DNA of 64,000 bases from Adineta vaga (lineage: Eukaryota; Animalia; Rotifera). The notes below the pieces were generated by a model. It worked only from the letters and a program-made list of their open reading frames with translations, ran no database searches and was not told the DNA's origin. Positions 12,873 to 24,873 of the stretch are shown piece by piece. Location of the stretch: contig CP075494.1 in assembly GCA_021613535.1 (NCBI GenBank), forward strand, positions 1,612,001 to 1,676,000, read 5' to 3'. The first letter of the stretch is position 1, and every line of letters begins with the position of its first letter. The position numbers and the translations under genes were made by a program.

Positions 12873-13976
12873 TCAAGATTCGGGCACTTCGTTGTTTTCT
12901 TCTTGATTGAAAGGTCGCTTTATAGTAATGTGCAACTTACGCCCAATTTCTCTCGTAGAAAACCATGGACTCCATAAAGCTCTGTTTTTGAAAAAGATCT
13001 TATCCTTTTTTCCGAATGGGGAAATAATTAAATGACCACAAATTGTTCGATTTTCGAGAAGATGAGACCAACCCCATTCATCGAACATATCTTCATTAGA
13101 CCATACGAGATTTTTTTCATTTAAATGAAAATGAAATGTCAGTGATTGGAGTTGAGATGCTGTTTGCAATAGATATCCACTGTCCTTGTACCACGCACAC
13201 CATGTACAGCCGACTGATGTCTGAAAAACACGAACATTCGAGCGAAAAGTAGCGGATTTCAAGCAAGAGAGATGTATTTCTTTCCAAAATGAATGATCTA
13301 CATCAAGTGGTTGATTCATAGCAATGTCAAAAGAGCGAAGAAACGGGAGCAGTTTGAGAAGTTTAAGGAAAAATTCCCTATCAATTTGCTCTTTCATAAT
13401 CAAATGAGAGATGATTTGATTGCTTTGAATATCTTCAAGTCTATACAACCACAGACTTTGTAAACAGATTGATAATCTTCGTAACTGAGGTGGACTAATA
13501 GTAAGCACAAGTTTGGAATCAACAATACCTGAACAAGATATTGATAGTCTTTGAAGATGAGGTAGGCGTACTATTAGTGTTTTCAACTCATTGATCTATT
13601 CATGTCTGGATACACGAATAGTGATTGAATACAAATGCACTAAATCGGAAATGTACGCGCCAACAAATCTTAAAAGACACCCTGTTCGTGCGCGACCAGC
13701 AGTTAAAGCACGTATTGAATGTATTGGAAGATATGCGAAGGTAGATGACGATGATAGAGGTAATGCGAGATCATTTTTTCGTGCTTGAACATATACTTGG
13801 AGAGCTGGAGAATGAAGAAGAGATTCAAATAAAGAATTGAGGTTTTCAAATGCCCGTTTCAACTGAGAAGCTTCAAGATAAGTAAAGATTTGAAGAAGAA
13901 TTTCACAGGGTAAAAGTTCGATCGATGATATAAACATGTTGAGCGTCAAGTATCCATCTCTAGTAATCGGTCTCAA
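12873..13976 (-). pseudogene. F-box/LRR-like gene with one in-frame TAG (13596-13598)
   Basis: F-box motif IELLPCEILLQIFTYL. The two ORFs are in the same frame, separated by ...RHE*INELK... Confidence 0.75.
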
Positions 13977-14183
13977 AATGAATATCTACAACAAATAAGA
14001 AATACTTGATTATCCAATGATTTAGTGAAAGTCGAAAATGTAGATGCGAGAGACGGCGGATGGATTAATTTCTTATTCGTTTGACACGAAATATATATGA
14101 GAAAAAATGTACATAATATTTTTTTTCTGACATACTGTCTGTTGTTATTTTCATACCAAAGGAACGTAGTGAGTAATGATCAC

Positions 14184-14223
14184 GGTGTGAAAAAGGTGAC
14201 GTTATTTCCTCACACCACCCTCA
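14184..14223. repeat. Telomere-like palindromic element (degenerate)
   Basis: GGTGTGA...TCACACCACCCTCA. Confidence 0.5.
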
Positions 14224-14479
14224 CACGCTAGTTATATACTGATCGTGAAGGTGAAGATGAAAGCATTTTACCAATTGGAACAAGTAAATGCTTCTTATCT
14301 TGTTCATTTCATTGAAATTGAAGAAAACAATCAAAAAGAACATGTCGCATCTGCAATGAATAATTTACAAATGAAATAAACTGTCGAAATAGTGGCATAG
14401 GGAAATGAACACGGAAAGGAATCTTGGTTGGTAAAATCGTACGACTAATTAAAATTGATGTATTCAGATTTTCTCATGA

Positions 14480-15720
14480 ATAAATTTCTGATAAAAATCG
14501 TTGAATATTTCCTTCGATATCTGATAGTTCTTCTGCGAAAAAATCAGGAGCTTTTTGGTAGATAATCAATACTTGTTGATAAGACTCTAAAGCCATTTTC
14601 AATCGATTTAATTGTTCATAACATTTCGCAATATTTACTAAACTTTCAGCAAGATCATGATCATTATCTTGTATTAATTCAAGTTCTTCGAATGTTTAAC
14701 ATTCTCGACGAGATTTATATATTTCATAAACCATTAAATTATCTGATATTAGTTTGTTTTGGAGACCTTGTGAAAAAAAATAAAATGCCATTTGTCGATT
14801 TTCCATTTTAATATCAATTGTATATCGACAAGCTAAACGAATTAAATCATCAATACATTGATCAAATGGTAATAACCGAAAAAGTAAATTAACTATAGGT
14901 CTTAAATTATGATAAACAGCTGACATCATTGGTGTGAAATTATTTGCATTGACTTGTAGATATTCATTTGTATGTTTAACAAGAATTTCAATCATTTTAA
15001 TATCTCTTTTATAAACAGCATAATCAAGAGGAGTTACACTATCATAATCTTGTATGTTAGGATTAGCATTACATTTTAAAAGACTCTGTACAATACGATA
15101 ATAACCTTGATTAACAACATGATGTAATATATGTTTGTTAAAGTCTAATTGTATATCACATCCTTGATTTAGGAGATAATCGACTAATATCTCATTGTTT
15201 TGTTCAACAGCGGATTTTAAAAAACTATCTGCATTAATATCAACATATGCATATTGAACAAGTTCTTGTACAAGATCTAAATCTCCTATTTGACATGCAT
15301 TCCATAATGGGACTCGTTCGATATTGTAAGATTCATGAAGTAAATCATCTTCTAATTTCTCATTATATATTTTATGTAATAGTAATCGAACACATTTTGT
15401 ATGTCTAATACGAATAGCATGTGAAAGAATATTAATAAATGGTGGATAATCTTGAAAAATTAACTTATTTCTGCAATATATTTCTTTCCCATTAAAATTC
15501 TTGATTGATGGTAAAAGAGATTCAAGAAGATCATCATCGTTAAGATCGATAATAACACAAATTTCTTTCCATTGTATCTATATAATCTTTTATTTCTTGC
15601 CACCATTCGTATTCATCTAAATCAACTTCAGAATTATAATATATTTTCTCTAAAAATATATCTTCAGTAAAACCAATTATTTGATATTTGATTTTCGATC
15701 GAGTTGACTGTTGTTTTTTA
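14480..15720 (-). pseudogene. Fem-1-like ankyrin-repeat pseudogene followed by a TPR segment
   Basis: Ankyrin motifs PLWNACQIGDLDLVQELV and TPLDYAVYKRDIKMIEIL. Fem-1-like RREC*TFEELE contains an in-frame TAA. It is followed by TPR-like DLAESLVNIAKCYEQL. Confidence 0.65.
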
Positions 15721-15973
15721 TCTATTGAATTTAAATAAAAAGAAATTATTTTATTCGAATATTATTCTACTTTACCTAAATGTAAATTTGATGAACTAAC
15801 ATATTGATTCGTCCTTTTTCGAACATTCTGTCTATTTTGTTGATGAAGTTGTTTACACTCCCGTGAATCTGAAGTAATAGTCATTGTTATGCAAAACTGA
15901 TTCTCTACAGTATGCATTTTATATATTAGATATCTCAAATCGTTGTGCGATTCATTTACTTTGTCAACTGATT

Positions 15974-16024
15974 TTAGGGTGTGGGTGTGGGTGTGGATAT
16001 TATTATTCACACCCACCTCTCAAG
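15974..16024. repeat. Telomere-like palindromic element
   Basis: TTAGGGTGTGGGTGTGGGTGTGGAT...TCACACCCACCTCTCAAG. Confidence 0.85.
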
Positions 16025-16290
16025 ATTCAAGATGAGAAGCTCTACAATTTACATAAAGTGAAATTGTTAAAACATGAGAATACGTAACGATTTAATTCAA
16101 TTCTATAATTATTATATTTCATCAGGTTCTCCTAATCGTCGAAAATTAATGGTTTTTATTCGATCATCACCATTGGCATCTACGTTAAGAAATGAAATAG
16201 CTAAGAATAGTATTAACGAAAACATAATCATAATCGAAAAAGTCGGAAAACGACAAAATATTAAATTTACCAAAAGTAAAATTCGATCTA
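16025..16290 (+). pseudogene. C-terminal fragment of an insulin-degrading-enzyme (M16 peptidase)-like gene
   Basis: DLIQFYNYYISSGSPNRRKLMVFI resembles the IDE C-terminus. It begins directly after the palindrome. Confidence 0.55.
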
Positions 16291-16376
16291 TTTCAAATTA
16301 TAATATATATTATAACAATATGTCCGTATTATATTCAGTTCTATCGTTTTTTAATTTTAGTAAAATAAAAATTTAA

Positions 16377-16864
16377 TTAAATGAAGAGTTCCTCTGGAAT
16401 TACATAATTATCACTGATTTGAATTTGTCTAATAATACACATGATGTTGAAACCATACATATCATTATTTTGTTTATATATAAACATAACTTGTTGAAGA
16501 TGTTCTATAACTTGATTCCAATTCTCTTGTCGTTCATATATGATTGCTAAAGCGACATGCATAATCGTTTGTTCTTGTTGATTTGTTTCTGAACAAAATT
16601 GAAGAGCTTTATAAGAATTTTCTAAAGCTAAATCGAATTGATTTAATAGAAAATAAATCAAACCACGTCCACAATATATTTCAATAATTTGATAAGGATC
16701 ATTATCTGATTGAAGTAAAGCTCGATCAAGACAATCTAATGCAAATGGATATTTTTTTAAATCAAGATAAATAACAAACATATTAAATAGATAATCCTTA
16801 TCAGTACAATATTCATTTTTATCAATTTCTTTTAAATCATTTAAACTTCTACTAAGATGAATTT
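16377..16864 (-). pseudogene. 3' fragment of a TPR-repeat gene truncated by the transposon end
   Basis: TPR helices (IYCGRGLIYFLLNQFDLALENSYKAL). The N-terminus of the listed ORF lies inside the TIR. Confidence 0.7.
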
Positions 16865-17467
16865 TTGACTTACGAGGGAAGTTCCCCAGGTGTTTAAGAC
16901 TTTTAGATCCCATCTTTTGGCGACAGGTAGACCTCAATGAGGTATGAAAAACCTCAAGAGGATTTATCCCCTCGCTCCTTTATTCTCGAGATATTCAATT
17001 CCCCAGATATACACGAAACAGGACTGAAATGAAAAATGATCGTTTTGAAAGAGTAGTATAGTATTCAAATGAAACTATTCTACAGCTTCGGACATCGCTC
17101 ACCTCGTCTATTCTCCATTTAGTACTAGGTACAATGTTATCAGTATCATCTCTATGGGCTGTTCATTGAGTCACAGACGACTCATAACTCTTCATTTCAA
17201 ACTTGATTTCATTATATAGTAGAGGAGAATAATAAAAGCAGATAATTCATTAGCTATTTTCTTTTCATCGTCCATGATGGCATACCAACATGTCTGACTG
17301 ATAACTACACGTGTTCTTTGTGTACATCTGTCTACTTTTTTCTTCGTGTTCTCTGCTTCATGGCGCTATCGTGCCACGAGATTATATCTGTCTTCACTCG
17401 ATTGTTTACGGTATACAAGTCGCATACGACCAAACACTCGATACCGATATCTTTATACACATTTCAA

Positions 17468-17933
17468 AATGATTAGTCTCGCAAACGTTGTAAAGATTTT
17501 CTCTGATCGTGCATCGAACTTATCGTCCACTGTGTCAAACAACACGACGTCCGCCACTTCTATCACAAATCGTGAATGTGAAGTAGCCGATCTTTTGTGC
17601 AATGTTCTGGAATCAATTACTAGTAGTCATTCGCATTCCTTCGAAGTCGAAACAACTCTGGACCATGATCTAGTCGATGACGACTTTATCGATGATGCCG
17701 AACGCGAAGATATTAGCGAAGAAACATCGGATCCCAACTGGAAAGATGAGGATGAAGATGAAGATAAAGTGTTGTGCCAACGATTTTCACTTGATTACAT
17801 GGCTAAGGCAGTCGAATTCTATGACGAAATTAATCCACAAACTGGAAAAAGAAAGCGACGATCGGAGACGGTGAAACACCGCTTCCAACGTATCCCGCAT
17901 CAAATTTATCTCTCGCGCTTTCGCCGTTATCTC
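17468..17933 (+). pseudogene. N-terminal part of the Tc5-like transposase
   Basis: ORF lies inside the TIRs, has an acidic tract and an HTH-like ...TVKHRFQRIP...LSRFRRY segment, and is cut by the satellite insertion. Confidence 0.7.
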
Positions 17934-17962
17934 ATACATGTATTAGTCGAAAAGACGTTTCA

Positions 17963-18515
17963 ACTATTCAACTTTTAATTCGAGTTTTAAACTATTCAAC
18001 TTCTAAATTTATAAGTTTATAATTCGAGTACTCGAGTTTTAAACTATTCAACTTCTAAATTTATAAGTTTATAATTCGAGTACTCGAGTTTTAAACTATT
18101 CAACTTCTAAATTTATAAGTTTATAATTCGAGTACTCGAGTTTTAAACTATTCAACTTCTAAATTTATAAGTTTATAATTCGAGTACTCGAGTTTTAAAC
18201 TATTCAACTTCTAAATTTATAAGTTTATAATTCGAGTACTCGAGTTTTAAACTATTCAACTTCTAAATTTATAAGTTTATAATTCGAGTACTCGAGTTTT
18301 AAACTATTCAACTTCTAAATTTATAAGTTTATAATTCGAGTACTCGAGTTTTAAACTATTCAACTTCTAAATTTATAAGTTTATAGTTCGAGTACTCGAG
18401 TTTTAAACTATTCAACTTCTAAATTTATAAGTTTATAGTTCGAGTACTCGAGTTTTAAACTATTCAACTTCTAAATTTATAAGTTTATAATTCGAGTACT
18501 CGAGTTTTAAACTAC
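17963..18515 (+). repeat. 52-bp AT-rich tandem array, about 10 copies
   Basis: Unit AAACTATTCAACTTCTAAATTTATAAGTTTATAATTCGAGTACTCGAGTTTT; copies nearly identical. Confidence 0.95.
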
Positions 18516-18629
18516 TGAACTTTTGAACTTTGAAAACTGAGATTCCGAATATAAAGGTTAACAACTTTTACACTTTCAGATTTGAACTGTCAAGTATGAA
18601 ATTTAACATTTCAACTTTAGATTATAAAT

Positions 18630-19301
18630 TTGAGGGTGTGGGTGCGGAGGTGGGTGTTGTAACCCGACGAGCAAAGTGAGGGTGTGGGAGTGGGTGTTGC
18701 ACGGGAACAAGCAAAGTGAGGGTGCGGGGGTAAGTGCTGTAAGGCGACGAGCAAAGTGTGGGTGCGGAGGTAGGTGTTGTAACCCGACGAGCAAAGTGAG
18801 GGTGTGGGGGTGGGTGTTGCACGCGAACAAGCAAAGTAAGGGTGCGGGATAAGTGCTGTGAGGCGACGAGCAAAGTGAGGGTGCGGGGGTAAGTGCTGTG
18901 AGGCGACGAGCAAAGTGTGGGTGCGGAGGTAGGTGTTGTAACCCGACGAGCAAAGTGAGGGTGTGGGGGTGGGTGTTGCACGCGAACAAGCAAAGTGAGG
19001 GTGCGGGGATAAGTGCTGTGAGGCGACGAGCAAAGTGTGGGTGCGGAAGTAGGTGTTGTAACCCGACGAGCAAAGTGAGGGTGTGGGGGTGGGTGTTGCA
19101 CGCGAACAAGCAAAGTGAGGGTGCGGGGATAAGTGCTGTAAGGCGACGAGCAAAGTGTGGGTGCGGTGGTGGGTGTTGCAAGGGAACAAGCAAAGTGAGG
19201 CTGCGGGAGTTAGTGCTGTGAGGCGACGAGCAAAGTGAGGGTGTGGGTGTTGCAAGGGAACAGCCCAAGTGAGAGTGCAGGGGTAGAAGCGAAGTGCTCA
19301 A
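18630..19301 (+). repeat. G-rich 40-bp minisatellite with 120-bp (A-B-C) higher-order structure, ~16-17 monomers
   Basis: Monomers (G/A)AGCAAAGTG(A/T)GGGTG(T/C)GG...; the array starts TTGAGGGTGTGGG and ends CTCAA. Confidence 0.9.
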
Positions 19302-19339
19302 TCATGGTTTCACCTAGCCAGCTTTTTTCGAGCTGAACA

Positions 19340-20637
19340 GTTTAAAACTCGAGTACTCGAATTATAAACTTATAAATTTAGAAGTTGAATAGTTTAAAAC
19401 TCGAGTACTCGAATTATAAACTTATAAATTTAGAAGTTGAATAGTTTAAAACTCGAGTACTCGAATTATAAACTTATAAATTTAGAAGTTGAATAGTTTA
19501 AAACTCGAGTACTCGAATTATAAACTTATAAGTTTAGAAGTTGAATAGTTTAAAACTCGAGTACTCGAATTATAAACTTATAAATTTAGAAGTTGAATAG
19601 TTTAAAACTCGAGTACTCGAATTATAAACTTATAAATTTAGAAGTTGAATAGTTTAAAACTCGAGTACTCGAATTATAAACTTATAAATTTAGAAGTTGA
19701 ATAGTTTAAAACTCGAGTACTCGAATTATAAACTTATAAATTTAGAAGTTGAATAGTTTAAAACTCGAGTACTCGAATTATAAACTTATAAATTTAGAAG
19801 TTGAATAGTTTAAAACTCGAGTACTCGAATTATAAACTTATAAATTTAGAAGTTGAATAGTTTAAAACTCGAGTACTCGAATTATAAACTTATAAATTTA
19901 GAAGTTGAATAGTTTAAAACTCGAGTACTCGAATTATAAACTTATAAATTTAGAAGTTGAATAGTTTAAAACTCGAGTACTCGAATTATAAACTTATAAA
20001 TTTAGAAGTTGAATAGTTTAAAACTCGAGTACTCGAATTATAAACTTATAAATTTAGAAGTTGAATAGTTTAAAACTCGAGTACTCGAATTATAAACTTA
20101 TAAATTTAGAAGTTGAATAGTTTAAAACTCGAGTACTCGAATTATAAACTTATAAATTTAGAAGTTGAATAGTTTAAAACTCGAGTACTCGAATTATAAA
20201 CTTATAAGTTTAGAAGTTGAATAGTTTTAAAACTCGAGTACTCGAATTATAAACTTATAAATTTAGAAGTTGAATAGTTTAAAACTCGAGTACTCGAATT
20301 ATAAACTTATAAATTTAGAAGTTGAATAGTTTAAAACTCGAGTACTCGAATTATAAACTTATAAATTTAGAAGTTGAATAGTTTAAAACTCGAGTACTCG
20401 AATTATAAACTTATAAATTTAGAAGTTGAATAGTTTAAAACTCGAGTACTCGAATTATAAACTTATAAATTTAGAAGTTGAATAGTTTAAAACTCGAGTA
20501 CTCGAATTATAAACTTATAAATTTAGAAGTTGAATAGTTTAAAACTCGAGTACTCGAATTATAAACTTATAAATTTAGAAGTTGAATAGTTTAAAACTCG
20601 AGTACTCGAATTATAAACTTATAAATTTAGAAGTTGA
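19340..20637 (-). repeat. 52-bp tandem array, about 25 copies, inverted relative to the left array
   Basis: Reverse complement of the unit at 17963-18515. Confidence 0.95.
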
Positions 20638-20686
20638 AGAAGAAGTTTTATACTCGAATCGAATTAACGATTTCTACACTACTCGC

Positions 20687-21850
20687 TGCTTCAAAACATT
20701 GGTTGCACACCTTTAAACACAAACACAATATTGTCTCGCGCAAGGTAACGAAGGTGAGAGGTTTGAAATTTTTCATCAGAAACGTGAGAAGGGAGCTCTT
20801 CTATAAAAACAGATCAACATGGACAAGAGAGACTTTCAAAGTTTCAGATTTGTCGATTTTGCACAACCATCTTCTGACCTAAGATTTTTTGAGATCAAAT
20901 GCACTGTATTTGTTTGTTTTCGCTAGATTGTGACGAAACGCCACGTGGAAGATAAAGAGACGATCAGAACTTCGGCTGATCAGTTCGTAGCTGATGTTCG
21001 CAGACGCTTACCTCAGTACGAAGAACACGCAGTTCTAAACACTGACCAAAGCGAAATCCAGCTCGAATTTCACTCTACACGAACACTGAGTCATCGAGGA
21101 GAGAAGGTAACAATCGGATCCGTTCGCTCTGTGAATGCTACCACACATAGCTATACAGCGCAGCCCACAATCACACTTGACGGTTACCTCCTCTCGCCGC
21201 TGTATCTCTGTCTGAAGGAGCCCACAGGACGTCTGAGCGATAATATTCGCTCACACCTCTTCAAGACCTCGAATGTGGTGATCACATGCAGTAGCTCTGG
21301 AAAGCTTACAACATCCTTGGTCGAATACTGGCGCGATCACGTACTCCTCCCGTCACTGAAAAAGCATCAGAAGTTTCTACTCATCTCGGACTGTTGGGGT
21401 GGGCAGACGTATGGAAAGGGACTATACGATCATATTCCCGGATGCACAAGGCTAGAGATACCGAAGAAAACGACCGATCAAATTCAACCACTGGATGTCT
21501 TTTTCAACAGGCAGATGAAAGTGATTCCTCGTCGATTATACGATCGCGTGCTTCTCGATGAACTCGACATCAACATGAGCGAACGAAATAATATTATTCG
21601 TCTCATGTCTCTCACTCACAACCAACTCTCGGCCACAGTATTTCATACGATGATTCGACACGCTTGGTACGCAAGCGGTTACACGGATAACCATCCTGGG
21701 CCCTTCAAAACAGTGGGCGAAGTGTGTTTTTCCTTCCATGAAACAGCATGCGCTGCATCTCCATGCGATGCGGCTCCTTTCATCTGTCGCAGCTGGTGTG
21801 GCAAGCCACTGTGTTTCAACCACTTTTTTCTGAACTATCATTTTCATTGA
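20687..21850 (+). pseudogene. Tc5-like DDE transposase, C-terminal part; exons ~20687-20754 and ~20927-21850
   Basis: ASKHWLHTFK (end of a CENP-B-type HTH), NTDQS, LLISDCWGGQ, QIQPLDVFFN, HNQLSA, and the Cys-rich Tc5 C-terminus (SWC..LCFNHFF). Confidence 0.85.
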
Positions 21851-22196
21851 TTTACTGTTGTGCCGATTTTTCTATTATATAATGAAATCAAGTTTGAAAT
21901 GGAGAATAGACGAGGTGAGCGATGTCCGAAGCTGTAGAATAGTTTCATTTGAATACTATACTACTCTTTCAAAACGATCATTTTTCATTTCAGTCCTGTT
22001 TCGTGTATATCTGGGGAATTGAATATCTCGAGAATAAAGGAGCGAGGGGATAAATCCTCTTGAGGTTTTTCATACCTCATTGAGGTCTACCTGTCACCCA
22101 AAGATGGGATCTAAAAGTCTTAAACACCTGGGGAACTTCCCTCGTAAGTCAACTTAGAATTATCGAGTTTGATGTTTCCTTTTTTTGTTGAATAAG

Positions 22197-23614
22197 GTGT
22201 TCCATTGGCTTGGGCATTAACTAGTAACAAAAAACAACAAACTTATGACAAAATTTGGTCTGTAATAACTAAATGGTCATTGAAGAATCAATCACCAACG
22301 AAAGTGAAACGATTCATTCTTGATTTCGAAACAGCTCAACGTAATTCAATTAAACAACATGTAAGTGTATATACAACGTTTCTTGAGTTTGATCCTTTCA
22401 ATTTCTTATAATACTCAAAATATTCTGTCATCGTCTTGTCTTTTTTTATAGTTTGTAGGAGCCGAAATTACCGGCTATTGGTTCCACTTTTGTAAATGTT
22501 TATATAAAAATATTGGACAACTTGGTTTAATATCTGCTTATCGAGATGATGTAGCTATTAGAACGTGGCTCAGATCATTTATGGCTTTATCACTTTTTGA
22601 TAATGATATTTTTCCATGTGTAATTGAACATTTACAAAAACATATTCCAACTGATTCAGATCAATGTCGCAACTTTCTACATTATTTCGAATCTCAATGG
22701 CTTGTATCCGTTCCAAGGCAATATTGGCATGTGGGAAATTTAATTCCAAGAAGCAACAATTGGCTTGAAGGTAATTTATTTTGTTTCGTAGATGAGAGTG
22801 ATTTTCTAAATCAAGTCAATACCATCTCGTATGTTAGCTTACATTTCTTTTTTCTTCTCATTCTAGGATATAATAATCGTATTGGAAATCGATTTAGTGA
22901 TCGTCCTACTGTATGGTTGTTTCTGTACCGTCTATTGATTGAAGAACAAATAATTGAACAACGTGTACAAAAACTTGTAGCTGATAAAATTCGAACAAGT
23001 GACAGTGCACGTGCTCCAGAAAACGATACCATAAGTCAATCGATATCAAATTTGAATAAGAAATATATTAGTGGAAAATTAAACATTGAAAAATATTTGA
23101 AGGCATGCATATTTTTGATTGGTAATGCTGATATTGATAGTGCTAACGCTAACAAAATAGTTTCATCAACAGCAAGCGCAGTATGTCAAACAACACCATC
23201 ACCACCGAAGAAGAAGAAACTTGCAGCTGAAAGATAAACAGCAAGAACAATAACAATCAAGACTCTTTTCAAACGGAATTTTCTTGTTAAAAAAGCCATG
23301 TATGTTTATAGTAGACAATTTTTCTAAATTTGTAATTTGAATGGATTTTACTTTCGAAGAAATCGACAATTTAAAAGCCGCAAGGAAATAAAAATATATC
23401 TCTCAATCTAGTCGATAAATAATTTTGGTTAATATACTAATTAAAGTATTTAGTTTCATAGTCACTTCTACTAATTGGCAGAGGATCACGACACACACTA
23501 TCAATTATAAATGAACTTCTGCCAATTGGCAGAATTTTTACGAGACTCTGCCATTTTTTTGAACTGGCAGAACGACAGTGGCAGAAAGGGGAATTGGCAG
23601 GATGAGTTTATTCC
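22197..23614 (+). mobile_element. 3' half of a Mutator-like (MULE) element: intron-containing transposase (to 23237) and right end
   Basis: PLAWAL..K...TY, ILDFE.A, WFHF, YFESQW and SNN.LEG.NN motifs. TGGCAGAA subterminal repeats end in ATTCC at about 23614. Confidence 0.75.
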
Positions 23615-24014
23615 ACAGAATACTAGTTCATTTAATAAAATGGAATACATTTTCGATAATTAGATCTGCCATATAACTAGCTGAAATTCTTTTAATCGAT
23701 ATATATTTATCGATAATTTATAACTCGCTTGAAACTGAACAAATAAATGGTTATTATATTGAGCTCATTAAGTTCGATTTGGGTCTAACACATGGGTAAA
23801 TATTTTCCGCAGAACATCGCATTCTGATTCAAGTCGTCCTATGCAGGATTGATAATTATTATGTTCGGATAAGCTTTATTCATAGAACAGCAAACGGTGC
23901 TAAAAGCGGTGTGATGCACAAATCACACAAGCAAACTTATAAAGTTTATATAAATGCATTCGAATGAAAAGCAAGCAAATAATGGGGTCGCAATCACTTT
24001 GCTGACAGATACAC

Positions 24015-24520
24015 TAAGACACATTCCAGCTTTGGCATTTTTGCATCCTGTAAAAATTCCTAAAGCATTCGATGAGGTCAAAGATTCACTACCATCTGAT
24101 GCAGAACCAATCACCGAATGGTTTGAAGATAATTATGTACGTGGAAAGATAAAAAAGCTAATGAGAAATGGATCAGTTCAAAGAAATGAACCACTGTTTC
24201 CACCTGAAATATGGTCTGTCTTTGATAATGTCGAATTTACATTTCCAAGGACCGAAAACAAAGTCGAAGCTTGGCATAGGCGATGGGAAATATTAATTGC
24301 ACGATCTCATGTTGGTATTTTCACGATGATTAAGCAGATACAAAAAGAACAAAATGTAGTGGAAATGGAAATTGAAAAGTCAATGCGTCGTGAACCAGCT
24401 CCAAGGAAACGCAAAGAAGATGAAGACAGGGAAATTAGGATTAAAAATGTTATTAGTGATCGGAACAACAGAACAACTATGGATTTTCTTCGGGGTATTG
24501 CCCACAATCTTTCATTATAA
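24015..24520 (+). pseudogene. C-terminal fragment of a second, different MULE transposase
   Basis: ALAFL, WFEDNYV, PLFPPEIWSV and PRTENKVEAWH motifs. Confidence 0.8.
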
Positions 24521-24873
24521 CTATTTATAGTTTTTATTCAAAGACTTTTAAAAATCCGACAAAAGATAGAATTTTATAAGAATTAATAGAAACCGGTTAC
24601 GCACCATAGTTATCTATATTCATTGTGTTTCTTTATCTACGTAATTACACTCTATCTAATAGAAACCTAACTCACTCCGTAATTGTGTTTGACTTTAGAA
24701 ACCACTAGATTTAACATGCATAGTGCAGCTGTCAGCAAAGTGTAGCAGACCCAAATAATGATTCCAATGCATTTATGCGAGAAATAATATATTTATGAAA
24801 TCTTCCTTTATGTTCTTTAATGTCTGTATGAATAATAAAGACATTGCTGTTCGTCATTTGACTATAGTGAAAC

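Larger units (their letters stand above)
16873..22144 (+). mobile_element. Tc4/Tc5-like DNA transposon with ~250-275-bp TIRs, internally disrupted
   Basis: 16873-17120 and 21897-22144 are inverted repeats with only ~2 mismatches seen. Termini CGAGGGAAG resemble Tc5 CAAGGGAAG. It encodes a Tc5-type DDE transposase. Confidence 0.9.

Noticed and set aside
16865-16937. N-terminus of the 186-aa TPR ORF
   Set aside because: It is read-through into the transposon TIR.
18603-19301. Overlapping His/Pro-rich ORFs in four frames
   Set aside because: They are translations of a stop-poor 40-bp minisatellite; there is no independent coding evidence.
18630-19301. CRISPR-like appearance (constant AGCAAAGTG motif with variable intervening sequence)
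   Set aside because: The intervening parts recur in a three-unit cycle rather than being unique spacers, the context is eukaryotic, and there are no cas genes.
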